Shown here: positions 7,291-16,173 of the stretch, piece after piece
Layout of the letters: each line of letters starts with the position of its first letter
Numbering within the stretch: position 1 is the stretch's first letter
From: Candidatus Iainarchaeum sp.
GTDB taxonomy: Archaea; Iainarchaeota; Iainarchaeia; Iainarchaeales; UBA10191
Assembly: GCA_030649735.1 (NCBI GenBank)
Contig: JAUSFL010000009.1
Location: 1 to 46,197 of the forward strand
Direction of reading: 5' to 3'
Length of the DNA stretch: 46,197 nucleotides
Program-made: the position numbers and the translations under genes
Notes under the pieces: generated by a model
What the model saw: the letters and a program-made list of their open reading frames with translations, nothing else
Database searches by the model: none
Told to the model about the DNA's origin: nothing

Positions 7291-7791
7291 TTGAAAAAAG
7301 GAATAGCGATTGGTTTGGGAGTTTTTGGAGTTTTAATAATTGCATTTGCCGCCTTTGCATTGACGAATAATGCGGGCAATGCGGGCAACAGCCAGCCAAC
7401 AGGGCTTGCTGTCTTGAAAGAAAGCGGTCAGGTAATTGAGGGCGATTTTGTGAAAATACCTGTTTCAGAAATTTCGTCAAATGCAAAATGGTTTAGTTAT
7501 GATTCTCAAGGAGTGAAAATAAAGTATTTGGCAGTGAAAGGCTCTGATGGAAGCATCAGGACTGCTTTTGACGCGTGCGATGTCTGCTTTGGCGCCAAAA
7601 AAGGCTACAGGCAGGAAGGAAGCTTTCTAGTATGCAACAATTGCGGCAAAAAATTTGCGATTGATTCAATCGGGGTTGAAAACAAGACTCCCGGGGGCTG
7701 CTGGCCCGGATACTTGCCAAGCACGGTTTCTGGAAGCTATCTATTGATAAAAAAGACAGACATGGAGTCTGGAAAATACAGGTTTGCATAA
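7291..7791 (+). CDS. DUF2318 membrane-anchored Cys-rich (putative Fe-S/metal-binding) protein
   Basis: TTG 7291 with GGAGG SD at 7278-7282; N-terminal TM; DACDVC..GY..LVCNNCG..GGCWP. Confidence 0.8.
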   Translation: MKKGIAIGLGVFGVLIIAFAAFALTNNAGNAGNSQPTGLAVLKESGQVIEGDFVKIPVSEISSNAKWFSYDSQGVKIKYLAVKGSDGSIRTAFDACDVCFGAKKGYRQEGSFLVCNNCGKKFAIDSIGVENKTPGGCWPGYLPSTVSGSYLLIKKTDMESGKYRFA

Positions 7792-7808
7792 AAATGGAGT
7801 GATGTTTT

Positions 7809-8036
7809 GTGGAAAAAAACAAGGCAGTTGCCTTTTCAATTTCAGGAATGCATTGCAACAGCTGCTTAATGCTGATTAAAATGGGCTTGCAGGAGCTTGA
7901 AGGAGTAAAGGAAGTTTCAGGAAACTGGGAAAAAGGAAAAGTCCAGGTTGCCTTTGACGAAAGCAAGGCAAGCATCAAGGACATAATGAAAAAGATCGAG
8001 CAGGAAGGATACAAGGTTGTTGAATATGGAAAATGA
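7809..8036 (+). CDS. copZ: CopZ-like heavy-metal-associated (HMA) chaperone
   Basis: Single 75-aa HMA domain with GMHCNSC; GGAGTGA SD. Confidence 0.8.
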   Translation: MEKNKAVAFSISGMHCNSCLMLIKMGLQELEGVKEVSGNWEKGKVQVAFDESKASIKDIMKKIEQEGYKVVEYGK

Positions 8037-9864
8037 GATTAATGAAAATGAGGGTTTGGAAAATGAGAGAAATCAGTCAATGGAGGAAATAATAGATGTT
8101 CAAGGAATTGACTGCAAGGTCTGCGTTCAAATCATTGAAGAGAAAATCAGCTCCTTGAAAGGCGTTGAAAAGGCAAGTGCCAGCATGGTTGAAGGCAAGG
8201 TTTTTGTTGCCTTTGACCCGAAGCAAGTGAGCCTTGAAAAAATAAAGGCAGAAATCCGTAAGGCTGGATACAAGGCAGACTCAATGCCTGATTCTGAAGA
8301 AACTCTTGAAAGCACTGGCCAGGATTCTGAAGCCGCTGATTCAAAGACTGAAAGCATTTATGATTCCCGCTTTGAAAAAACAACGCTTGCCGTAAGCAAC
8401 ATGGTTTGCGAAAGCTGCGAGAAAATAATTGAAAAATCGCTGCACAAGCTTGACGGAATAAAAAAGGCGGAAGCGTCCTATTCGAAAGGCAATGTGAAAA
8501 TCGCTTACAATCCGGAAAAAATCTCGCTGGATGAAATAATCAGGAAAATAGGCGAGGCCGGCTATTCTGCATCAACTGGCGGAAAAGGCCAGGGAATCCA
8601 GAAAAAATACATTTTGATAAGTGTTGCGGCATTGATAATTCTCATTGGCGGCTACTTGGCTGCTTCAAGCACTTTAGGCAGCCTGAACATTTCAATCCCC
8701 ACACTAGACACCAACACAAGCATAATCCTCATTTTTGTTGTCGGATTATTGACTGGCTTTCACTGCATTGGAATGTGCGGAAGCTTTGTGTTAAGCTATA
8801 CTGCAAAAGCAAGGCGTGAAAACCCAAAATCATTGAATATTGCATTGCACGGCCAGTATGCTTTGGGAAAAATGCTTTCTTACACTGTGATTGGGGGAAT
8901 TTTTGGATTGATTGGCAGCATTTTTGTTTTCACTCCAGAATTAAGGGCAGTTATTGCGTTGCTTGCGGGAATTTTCCTCATAATTTTCGGGTTGAAACTG
9001 CTGAACATATTCCCAATATTGAGGAAATTCAGCCTGCCTCAAGGAATGTTTGACAAGTTGAAAGTCGGGCCTTTAAAGTCAAAAAACAACAGCCCTTTGG
9101 TTGTTGGCTTGCTTAATGGCTTGTTCATTGCTTGCGGCCCGTTGCAGGCAATGTATGTCTTGGCCGCATCAACAGGGAATTTAGTTAATGGCGCAATGTT
9201 GCTTTTTGCTTTTGGAATAGGCACTTTGATTCCAATGATGGGCTTCGGGGTTTTTGCGTCTTTCATAAGCCACGGGCTGCAAAATAAGATTGTCAGGATT
9301 TCGGCGGTAATAGTTATTGTAATGGGCCTATTGATGATAAACAACGGCCTGGCATTGACTGGAAATGCAGTCAATGCATCAACGATTGGCGGGATTTTTT
9401 CAAGCCAGCAGCCGCAAATAACTGACGGCAATGGCCCGGGCGGTCCAGTTAATTCGCCTTATCAAATAATCAACATGGATGTGACTGGCGCTGGCTGGGT
9501 TCCAAACAGCTTTGTATTGAAGAGGGGCGTTCCAGTAAAGTGGATAATCAATGGAAAGGAATTGAATGGCTGCAATAGTGGAATTAGAGTTCCGGCATAT
9601 AATTTGAGTTTCAGCATAAAGCAGGGCCTTCAGACAATAGAATTTACTCCAGACAAGACTGGCGTGATTCAATGGAGCTGCTGGATGGGGATGATTCAAG
9701 GGACTTTTGTGGTTCGAGACGATGTTGGCGTTGACTCGGCTGGAAAAATAACCCTTGACTCTAAAGTCCAGCTGGCTGCCGCGGCCCAGGTTGCGGCAAC
9801 CCCAAAGCCCGCGGGCGGATGCGGCTGCGGCGGCGGAGGAAGCGCGGGAAGTTGCGGCGGATAA
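8026..9864 (+). CDS. HMA-HMA-DsbD_2 (TauE/SafE-like)-cupredoxin multidomain membrane protein
   Basis: GIDCKVC and NMVCESC HMA motifs; FHCIGMCG and GLFIACGPLQ DsbD_2 motifs; C-terminal GWVPN..GC..SCWMGM cupredoxin-like domain; GGCGCGG..SCGG tail. Confidence 0.85.
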   Translation: MENEINENEGLENERNQSMEEIIDVQGIDCKVCVQIIEEKISSLKGVEKASASMVEGKVFVAFDPKQVSLEKIKAEIRKAGYKADSMPDSEETLESTGQDSEAADSKTESIYDSRFEKTTLAVSNMVCESCEKIIEKSLHKLDGIKKAEASYSKGNVKIAYNPEKISLDEIIRKIGEAGYSASTGGKGQGIQKKYILISVAALIILIGGYLAASSTLGSLNISIPTLDTNTSIILIFVVGLLTGFHCIGMCGSFVLSYTAKARRENPKSLNIALHGQYALGKMLSYTVIGGIFGLIGSIFVFTPELRAVIALLAGIFLIIFGLKLLNIFPILRKFSLPQGMFDKLKVGPLKSKNNSPLVVGLLNGLFIACGPLQAMYVLAASTGNLVNGAMLLFAFGIGTLIPMMGFGVFASFISHGLQNKIVRISAVIVIVMGLLMINNGLALTGNAVNASTIGGIFSSQQPQITDGNGPGGPVNSPYQIINMDVTGAGWVPNSFVLKRGVPVKWIINGKELNGCNSGIRVPAYNLSFSIKQGLQTIEFTPDKTGVIQWSCWMGMIQGTFVVRDDVGVDSAGKITLDSKVQLAAAAQVAATPKPAGGCGCGGGGSAGSCGG

Positions 9865-9870
9865 AAACGC

Positions 9871-9901
9871 ATATATTTAAAAGGTTGAGCAAGTATTCAA
9901 C
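9871..9901 (+). promoter_or_regulatory. TATA box plus ArsR/SmtB-type operator
   Basis: ATATATTTAAAA followed by GTTGAGCAAGTATTCAAC (TGA-N8-TCA) just before ATG 9906. Confidence 0.65.
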
Positions 9902-9905
9902 TATT

Positions 9906-10247
9906 ATGAAAAGGCAGAATCCTGAAATTGACGGGAAAGTCCTGAGATTTTTCTCGGCAATTGCTGACAAGACAAGGCTCAAGATTCTTTTGGCATTAAT
10001 GGACGGCCCAAAAACAGTGAATGAAGTTTACGAGAGCGTTGGAAGGGAAAAAATGACTCTTTCAGCAGTTTCGCACCAACTAAAATACCTTGAGCAGACA
10101 GGCGTTGTTGTTTTTGAAAAAAGCGGCAGGGAAAAGACTTTCAGGCCTTCAAGCGATTTTTGCTGGTGCATCCTGCAGGACGCCTACGGTCATTTCGGCA
10201 AGAAAAAATGCGCATGCACTGCCTGCAAGAAAATAAAGCACGCGTAA
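9906..10247 (+). CDS. ArsR/SmtB family metalloregulator
   Basis: FFSAIADKTRLKILLAL..TLSAVSHQLKYL; Cys-rich C-terminus (FCWC, CACTAC). ATG 9906 is preferred over the track start at 9819. Confidence 0.88.
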   Translation: MKRQNPEIDGKVLRFFSAIADKTRLKILLALMDGPKTVNEVYESVGREKMTLSAVSHQLKYLEQTGVVVFEKSGREKTFRPSSDFCWCILQDAYGHFGKKKCACTACKKIKHA

Positions 10248-10271
10248 AAAAAGGTGGTTTGAATAAAAGAA

Positions 10272-11069
10272 TTGATTTTTAAAGAAAAATTCCCATTGGC
10301 TGTAACTCTGGCTTTTTTGATTATCGCCAGCATTGCATATTTTGGGGTTGAAGGCATTGGAAACTCAATTAGTGGAATGGCCAGTGCAAAAAACGCCCCG
10401 AATTCAATCTATCAGGACATTCAAATCAAGCTTGCATTCAATGAAAAAGGCGAGGCAAAAGCCTTTGCGCTCGCAAAAAACAACGCGCTGGCAAATTATG
10501 CTGTTTTGGAAGGAAACCCGATTCCTGAGAAAAACTCAATGGTTTTGGGCGAAACAGAGGCCGAAATAATGAAGGCCGAAAAGCTGTTCTCAAAGCAAGG
10601 CGACAAAATTAACGGGTTTTTTGGAATAAGCACTTCAATTGAAGGAGTGTTAATGAAAACAAATTCGCCGATTGACTTTTTCCATTTTTTAAGCCAGGCG
10701 CAATTTGAAGGAATTGAAGGCGAAAGCGGAAGATTATTCCTGGCTGGCGAAAGCCCAAAGAATATCTATTACAAAAACTACATTTTTGAAGACTTGCCCG
10801 GCAACCTAAAGCTTGCCGAAGGAAAACTGAATGACTATGGAGAGCACCAAATTGTCGGAAAAACATATTATCCCGTAATTCTTGGCGCTGACGAAGCGAA
10901 AGCAATGCTTGCCGAAAAAAAATTCGCAAGCCTCGGGGACACTTTTGATGAATCAGGAAAGCGCTTCATTATAATTGGAATTCTTAAAAGAGACAATTCA
11001 ATATTTGACATTGCCAGAATTGTCCCATTAAGCAAGGCCCAGCTGGCAAAAATCGGAAAAATGGGGTGA
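10272..11069 (+). CDS. Membrane-anchored protein with two internal repeats resembling MacB periplasmic-core subdomains
   Basis: N-terminal TM; repeats VLGETEAEIMKAEKLFSKQGD..IEGVLMKTNSPID and ILGADEAKAMLAEKKFASLGD..IIGILKRDNSIFD. Confidence 0.6.
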   Translation: MIFKEKFPLAVTLAFLIIASIAYFGVEGIGNSISGMASAKNAPNSIYQDIQIKLAFNEKGEAKAFALAKNNALANYAVLEGNPIPEKNSMVLGETEAEIMKAEKLFSKQGDKINGFFGISTSIEGVLMKTNSPIDFFHFLSQAQFEGIEGESGRLFLAGESPKNIYYKNYIFEDLPGNLKLAEGKLNDYGEHQIVGKTYYPVILGADEAKAMLAEKKFASLGDTFDESGKRFIIIGILKRDNSIFDIARIVPLSKAQLAKIGKMG

Positions 11070-11074
11070 ATTAA

Positions 11075-13267
11075 GTGAAAAAAGTGACATTGCAAATTTC
11101 AGGAATGCATTGCGCAAGCTGCGCTCTAATAATCAACAAGTCTCTCGCCAAAGTCCAAGGAGTCAAGGACGCGAACGTGAATTTTTCCACTTCAAAAGCA
11201 ACTATAGAGTTTGATGAATCAAGCGTGAAAGAAGACGACCTTGTTTCCGCAATAAAAAAGGCAGGCTATGGGGCTTCGCTGACTACTGGAATGGATGCTG
11301 AAAAGCAAGCGGCTCTTCAAAAGCAGGAAATCGACAAAATCAAGAACACTTTTTTCTTAAGCCTGACTTTTGCGCTTCCTGCATTCATTATTGGAATGGT
11401 TCTGATGCCTTTAGGCATTGAAATACCTTATTTTGGGTTTGTTTTGTTCTTGCTTGCAACTCCAGTGCAATTCATTGTAGGAAAGCAATTCTATCAAGGC
11501 GCCTATGCTGCCTTAAGGAACAAGTCAGCAAGCATGGACACATTGATTGCGATTGGAACAACAGCCGCTTATGCACTCAGCGTTTATAACATTCTTTTCA
11601 ATCCTGAAGCCGGCCAGTATTTTGAAGTTTCAGCAATACTTATCACTTTAGTGATTCTGGGAAAATGGCTTGAGGCAATAGCCAAGGGAAAAACAAGCGA
11701 GGCAATAAAAAAATTAATGAATCTCGCTCCAAAAACCGCGACAGTAATCAGGAACAAGAAAGAGCTTGTCGTGCCTGTAGACAGCATTGTCTTGGGGGAC
11801 TTGATTATTGTAAAGCCGGGCGAGAGAATTCCAGTAGACGGCAAAGTCGTTGAAGGAAACTCTTCAATTGATGAAAGCATGATTACTGGAGAAAGCATTC
11901 CTGTTGAGAAAAAGTCCGGCGACACAGTCACTGGCGGAACAATAAACAAGAACGGAACATTGACTTTCAAAGCCACAAAAATCGGCGAAAACACAACCCT
12001 TGCGCACATAATCAAATTGATTGATGAAGCCCAAGGCCGTAAGGCCCCGATTCAAAGGTATGCCGACAAAATTTCAGCATACTTTGTGCCTGCAGTGATT
12101 CTAATTGCAATTGCCACTTTTTTGGCCTGGTATTTTATTTTCAGCATGGGCTTGGCTTTTTCGCTGCTTTTGAGCGTTGCAGTACTGGTCATTGCATGCC
12201 CTTGCGCCCTAGGACTTGCCACGCCAACTTCAATAATGGTTGGGACTGGAGTTGGCGCAAAATACGGGATTTTAATCAAGGGCGGCGATGCCTTGGAAAC
12301 CGCGCACAAATTAAAGTACGTGATTTTTGACAAGACAGGCACAATAACAAAGGGAGTCCCAGAAGTGACTGACATAATTCCAGCAGACAGCAAAACAAGC
12401 GAGCGAAAGCTTTTGGAAATTGCGGCAAGCATTGAAAAGGCCTCAGAGCATCCATTGGCTGACGCTATTGTCGCAAAAGCGAATGATTTGAAAATCAAGC
12501 TTGTGGCCACGAAAAAATTCACTGCAATTCCAGGCCACGGAATTCAAGCAGAGCTTTCTGGAAAAAAATACTTCTTTGGAAACAGCAAACTAATGGCAAA
12601 AAACAAGATTGGCATTGAACGATTCAAAGATTCAATTGCACGGCTTGAAAGTCAAGGAAAGACAGTAATGCTTTTGGCAGACTTAAAAAAACTCATTGGG
12701 TTGGTTGCCGCTGCTGACGCAATAAAAGACACTTCCAAAGAAGCTGTTTTTGCGCTGCAAAAACTCGGCATTGAAGTCTTCATGATTACTGGAGACAATG
12801 AAAGGACTGCAAAGGCAATTGCATCGCAGGCCGGCATTACTAATGTTTTTGCAGAAGTCTTGCCTGAAGACAAGGCAAATTACGTGAAGCAATTGCAGGC
12901 CAAGGGAAAAGTCGCAATGGTTGGCGATGGAATCAATGACGCTCCAGCCCTTGCGCTTGCTGACATTGGAATTGCAATGGGCTCTGGAACTGACGTTGCC
13001 ATGGAAACAGGAAATATTGTGCTAATGCAAAACCACTTGACTGACGTGCCTAAAGCAATCAAATTAAGCAGGAAAACCATTGCTAAAATAAAGCAAAACA
13101 TGTTTTGGGCATTGATTTACAACGTGATTGGCATTCCAATAGCTGCCGGGCTGCTTTATTCCACTTATGGAATCACTTTGTCCCCAATAATTGCGGGCGG
13201 CGCAATGGCATTAAGCAGTGTTTCAGTAGTGGGCAATTCCTTGCTTTTGAAAAGAGTCAAGCTGTAA
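11075..13267 (+). CDS. copA: Cu(I)-translocating P1B-1 ATPase
   Basis: HMA GMHCASC, TGES, CPC, DKTGT, SEHP, GDGIND, YN and MALSS motifs. Confidence 0.95.
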   Translation: MKKVTLQISGMHCASCALIINKSLAKVQGVKDANVNFSTSKATIEFDESSVKEDDLVSAIKKAGYGASLTTGMDAEKQAALQKQEIDKIKNTFFLSLTFALPAFIIGMVLMPLGIEIPYFGFVLFLLATPVQFIVGKQFYQGAYAALRNKSASMDTLIAIGTTAAYALSVYNILFNPEAGQYFEVSAILITLVILGKWLEAIAKGKTSEAIKKLMNLAPKTATVIRNKKELVVPVDSIVLGDLIIVKPGERIPVDGKVVEGNSSIDESMITGESIPVEKKSGDTVTGGTINKNGTLTFKATKIGENTTLAHIIKLIDEAQGRKAPIQRYADKISAYFVPAVILIAIATFLAWYFIFSMGLAFSLLLSVAVLVIACPCALGLATPTSIMVGTGVGAKYGILIKGGDALETAHKLKYVIFDKTGTITKGVPEVTDIIPADSKTSERKLLEIAASIEKASEHPLADAIVAKANDLKIKLVATKKFTAIPGHGIQAELSGKKYFFGNSKLMAKNKIGIERFKDSIARLESQGKTVMLLADLKKLIGLVAAADAIKDTSKEAVFALQKLGIEVFMITGDNERTAKAIASQAGITNVFAEVLPEDKANYVKQLQAKGKVAMVGDGINDAPALALADIGIAMGSGTDVAMETGNIVLMQNHLTDVPKAIKLSRKTIAKIKQNMFWALIYNVIGIPIAAGLLYSTYGITLSPIIAGGAMALSSVSVVGNSLLLKRVKL

Positions 13268-13285
13268 GCAAATCAGCAGCTTGCG

Positions 13286-13777
13286 TTAAACTCTTACTGG
13301 AATTGGCTGCTTGTGCTTTATTTTTTTGATGATAGTGCTTGTTGAAATCCCGTCTTGCGCGCGGGGATTGAACACTATTTCCATTATTGGCATTGCTTTT
13401 TGCAATTCCTTGATTTCCTTATCGCTTGTTGACTCACGGGAAAGCATTATCACGTCAGGCCTTAAGGCCTTGACAAGCTTTAAATCGCGGTGCTTGCTGT
13501 CATTGGAAAAAACCAAGTCTACTGCCCTGAAGTTTTTCACGATTTCAATCCTGTGCATTGTTGGAGTGACTGGAGTTTTTTGGTGCTTGAAAATTTTGGC
13601 AGACCTGTTGCTTCCAACATGCACTACAAGCAAGTCTCCTTGCTTTTTGCAAAAATTCAAGTATTTTACATGCCCTGCGTGAAAAAGGTCGAAGATTCCT
13701 CCGGCTAGGACAATCCTGGCCAAAGGATGGTTTTGCCTGAATTTTTTTAATTCCTTCAGAGTGAACACTGCGTTCAT
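13286..13777 (-). CDS. Cytidylyltransferase-like nucleotidyltransferase (RfaE-II/TagD/FAD synthetase family)
   Basis: GGIFDLFHAGH and ISTSTII motifs. Confidence 0.85.
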   Translation of the reverse strand: MNAVFTLKELKKFRQNHPLARIVLAGGIFDLFHAGHVKYLNFCKKQGDLLVVHVGSNRSAKIFKHQKTPVTPTMHRIEIVKNFRAVDLVFSNDSKHRDLKLVKALRPDVIMLSRESTSDKEIKELQKAMPIMEIVFNPRAQDGISTSTIIKKIKHKQPIPVRV

Positions 13778-13933
13778 AAAGATTCCTAAGGTTGGGGGGT
13801 TATTAATTGTTTCTTGCTATTGGAAATTCTTTTAGGTTGTTGGTTTCTTGGTAAAACTATACTAAGTATAGCGAGCTTTGATTTAAAAATAAATAGCTTT
13901 TTTCAAGCAATTGCCTTAGGGCAAACTTAAGTT

Positions 13934-14920
13934 TTACTTCCTGAAAAACTTGTACAAGTTTGCAATAAGCACGTTTGTAGGGCCAAGCGTTGTCTTGCTT
14001 GTTTCATAATCAAAGCTTGTTCCCAAAAACATTTCCGGCGGCTGAGCGTAATAAGCGACTTTCTCGCCAACTCCAGAAGTGACTATTACCGGAAAATACC
14101 TTCCAAAATCAGCGCCTTCCTTGCTTTTCAAGACAGTCCCATAATCCAAAGTCAAGACTCTCTTCGAGCCAATGCTTTCAGGCTCTTTAACCAATGCAAA
14201 ATCCAAAGGCAATAGATTGCTCGCGCCAACATACAATAATTGGTTTGCCGCAAGCCCGTAAATCAACTGGTGGTTTCCAGTGCTTTCAGCAAGCAAGTTT
14301 CCCACTGGAACAGAATTGGTTCCGCAAGAACTGGTTTCGCAAAAATTTCCCAAATAAGCGACTGAAATTATGGTGTCAAACCTTACAGTGCTTTTCCCAA
14401 GCCTTCTCGCCCAAGGGCTTAATGAAGTGTGCTTTGCATTAACGTCCAAGTCATCCTCAAACAATTGCTCGTCTCCAGCCGCCATTTTAGTTCCCGCGTC
14501 TCCAGTCCAAACAAGCTTTCCGCCAGCGTCAACAAAGTCAATGAAGTACTGCAGTTGCTGAGTGCTCATTGTTCTGGCTTTTTCAACAATAACCAGGTCG
14601 TAATTCTGCAAGTTTCCGGCGCCAATTCTGGAAATGTGCGTTGTGTCTGCAATGACTCCGACAATTTTCGGGTCCCTCAATCGCTTTTGCAATTCTAGGG
14701 GGTTTCCAATTCCGTCATCGCCGTAAACAATCAATACTTCGCGCTTTCCAGTCAATGACAAATACAATGGATCGTAAACTTGGCACCAGCCGGGAATTTG
14801 ATTGCATCTCACAAAGCCCATCCAAGTAACTATTCCAAGAAGCATTACGACGAGGCCTACAAACATTATGATGTGCCATGCATCGCCCATGACCATTTTT
14901 GTTTTCTCATAGTCTGGCAT
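13934..14920 (-). CDS. Membrane-anchored protein with a class I GATase-like domain
   Basis: N-terminal TM, CNQIPGWC, NLQNYDLVIV...FVDAGGKLVWTGDAG; paralog of 3291..4163. Confidence 0.7.
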   Translation of the reverse strand: MPDYEKTKMVMGDAWHIIMFVGLVVMLLGIVTWMGFVRCNQIPGWCQVYDPLYLSLTGKREVLIVYGDDGIGNPLELQKRLRDPKIVGVIADTTHISRIGAGNLQNYDLVIVEKARTMSTQQLQYFIDFVDAGGKLVWTGDAGTKMAAGDEQLFEDDLDVNAKHTSLSPWARRLGKSTVRFDTIISVAYLGNFCETSSCGTNSVPVGNLLAESTGNHQLIYGLAANQLLYVGASNLLPLDFALVKEPESIGSKRVLTLDYGTVLKSKEGADFGRYFPVIVTSGVGEKVAYYAQPPEMFLGTSFDYETSKTTLGPTNVLIANLYKFFRK

Positions 14921-14927
14921 TAGAATT

Positions 14928-15662
14928 TCACTTTTCCCCTATTATGAGCATTTCTTCAGCGCTTCCTTCAAGCACTGTCTTGCCTTTTTGGAATTGAATG
15001 CTTCCCTTAAAGTTCTTCAAGACTGCCTTTGAGTCTTTTGCAAGAGTGATTGTCGTTTTTCCATTAGGCGTGCTTATTTCAATGCTGCCTTGCAATACTG
15101 CCTGGATTGTTTCACTGCTGGCGTCATTGATTGCCAAAGATTCTGCACTGATTGTCGCAGGCTGGCTTTTTTCAAAACTGCTTGAATTGCAGGAATTCTC
15201 GATTCCTGAAACATTCCCAACCGCAATTATTCCTTCAAGGCTTGAATTAATGCTTCCAGTAAATCCCAAAATTTTTGAACTCCCGCTCAATTTGACTGTT
15301 TGGCCAGGAATTTCAATGCTTGCAGTCCCTTCAGAAACTATTTCAGAATTCCTGTCAGAAACAAAATTCAGGTCTTTTGCGCTGAATTCTGCCTTTAATT
15401 GAATATTCTTGAATTGCGAAACATTAGAGTTTTCATCCTGCGCGCTTGCCGCAAAGTCTTCAGTGCCTGGCTCGCTTCCTGCCAAAAGCCCGAAAAACCC
15501 GGTTGCAGAACTTGTTTTTGAAGGCAATTTTGAGAACGCGTTCTGGCTAGTGCCCATGATGAATGCCGCAGTCGCTATTGACGCAATGACAAGCAAGGCA
15601 ATGATTATTCCCTTCTTGCTTCCGCCTTTGCCTTTGCTGCCAACTTCATCGTAATCTGCCAT
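14928..15662 (-). CDS. Hypothetical single-TM protein with a beta-rich extracellular domain
   Basis: N-terminal TM after KGKGGSKK; Ser/Gly/Ile-rich body; stop lies 7 nt before the next gene. Confidence 0.7.
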   Translation of the reverse strand: MADYDEVGSKGKGGSKKGIIIALLVIASIATAAFIMGTSQNAFSKLPSKTSSATGFFGLLAGSEPGTEDFAASAQDENSNVSQFKNIQLKAEFSAKDLNFVSDRNSEIVSEGTASIEIPGQTVKLSGSSKILGFTGSINSSLEGIIAVGNVSGIENSCNSSSFEKSQPATISAESLAINDASSETIQAVLQGSIEISTPNGKTTITLAKDSKAVLKNFKGSIQFQKGKTVLEGSAEEMLIIGEK

Positions 15663-15743
15663 ATGGTTTAAAACCTTTTTTTGCGCTATATTTTAAAGGA
15701 TTAACAAATATAAATGATTTTGCAATAAAAAGGAGTTGTTTTT

Positions 15744-15905
15744 TTGAAGGTTGAGAAAAGTACGTCAAGTTACGGCGGTCCGACAAGTTCGCTAGGGATC
15801 ATGCGCTTTTTTGAGTCTGGCGGAGGGCCTAAAATAACGCCGGAAATAGCCTTTGCATTGTGCGCTGTATTTGGATTGGCAATACTAATTTTGCAAAAGC
15901 TTTGA
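15744..15905 (+). CDS. secG: Preprotein translocase subunit Sec61beta/SecG (53 aa, not in ORF track)
   Basis: MKVEKSTSSYGGPTSSLGIMRFFESGGGPKITPEIAFALCAVFGLAILILQKL has the G-x-MRFF...KITP-TM signature; AGGAG SD. Confidence 0.85.
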   Translation: MKVEKSTSSYGGPTSSLGIMRFFESGGGPKITPEIAFALCAVFGLAILILQKL

Positions 15906-15929
15906 AAAAGAAAAAGCAGTTTTTTTCAT

Positions 15930-16151
15930 TCAGAGGTAAAAAAGCAATGCCAGAGCCGCATGCGCTGCAGCCAAAATCAAGGTCAATGCCGCAAGCCACG
16001 GATGCCATTTGAATGGAACGGCGCGGTTTCCTTTAGAATTCAAGAATCCAATCACTGCTGTGGCAAAAAGGCCGGTTATTACTGAAATGCCAATCCAAAA
16101 GACCAATGGCTTGCCAAAAACTATTGAATAACCTATTGCGGACAAAACCAT
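15930..16151 (-). CDS. Small 2-TM protein with two His in one helix (ferric reductase/cytochrome b-like half unit)
   Basis: FKWHPWLAALTLILAAAHA, His residues 14 apart; directly downstream of the cupredoxin gene. Confidence 0.6.
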   Translation of the reverse strand: MVLSAIGYSIVFGKPLVFWIGISVITGLFATAVIGFLNSKGNRAVPFKWHPWLAALTLILAAAHAALALLFYL

Positions 16152-16173
16152 CTGCAAAACGCCTAATTCTTAT

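Noticed and set aside
14928-15662. KKG/IIIALL as a class III signal peptide
   Set aside because: No acidic residue at +5/+6 and no pilin context; a plain signal anchor is the simpler reading.
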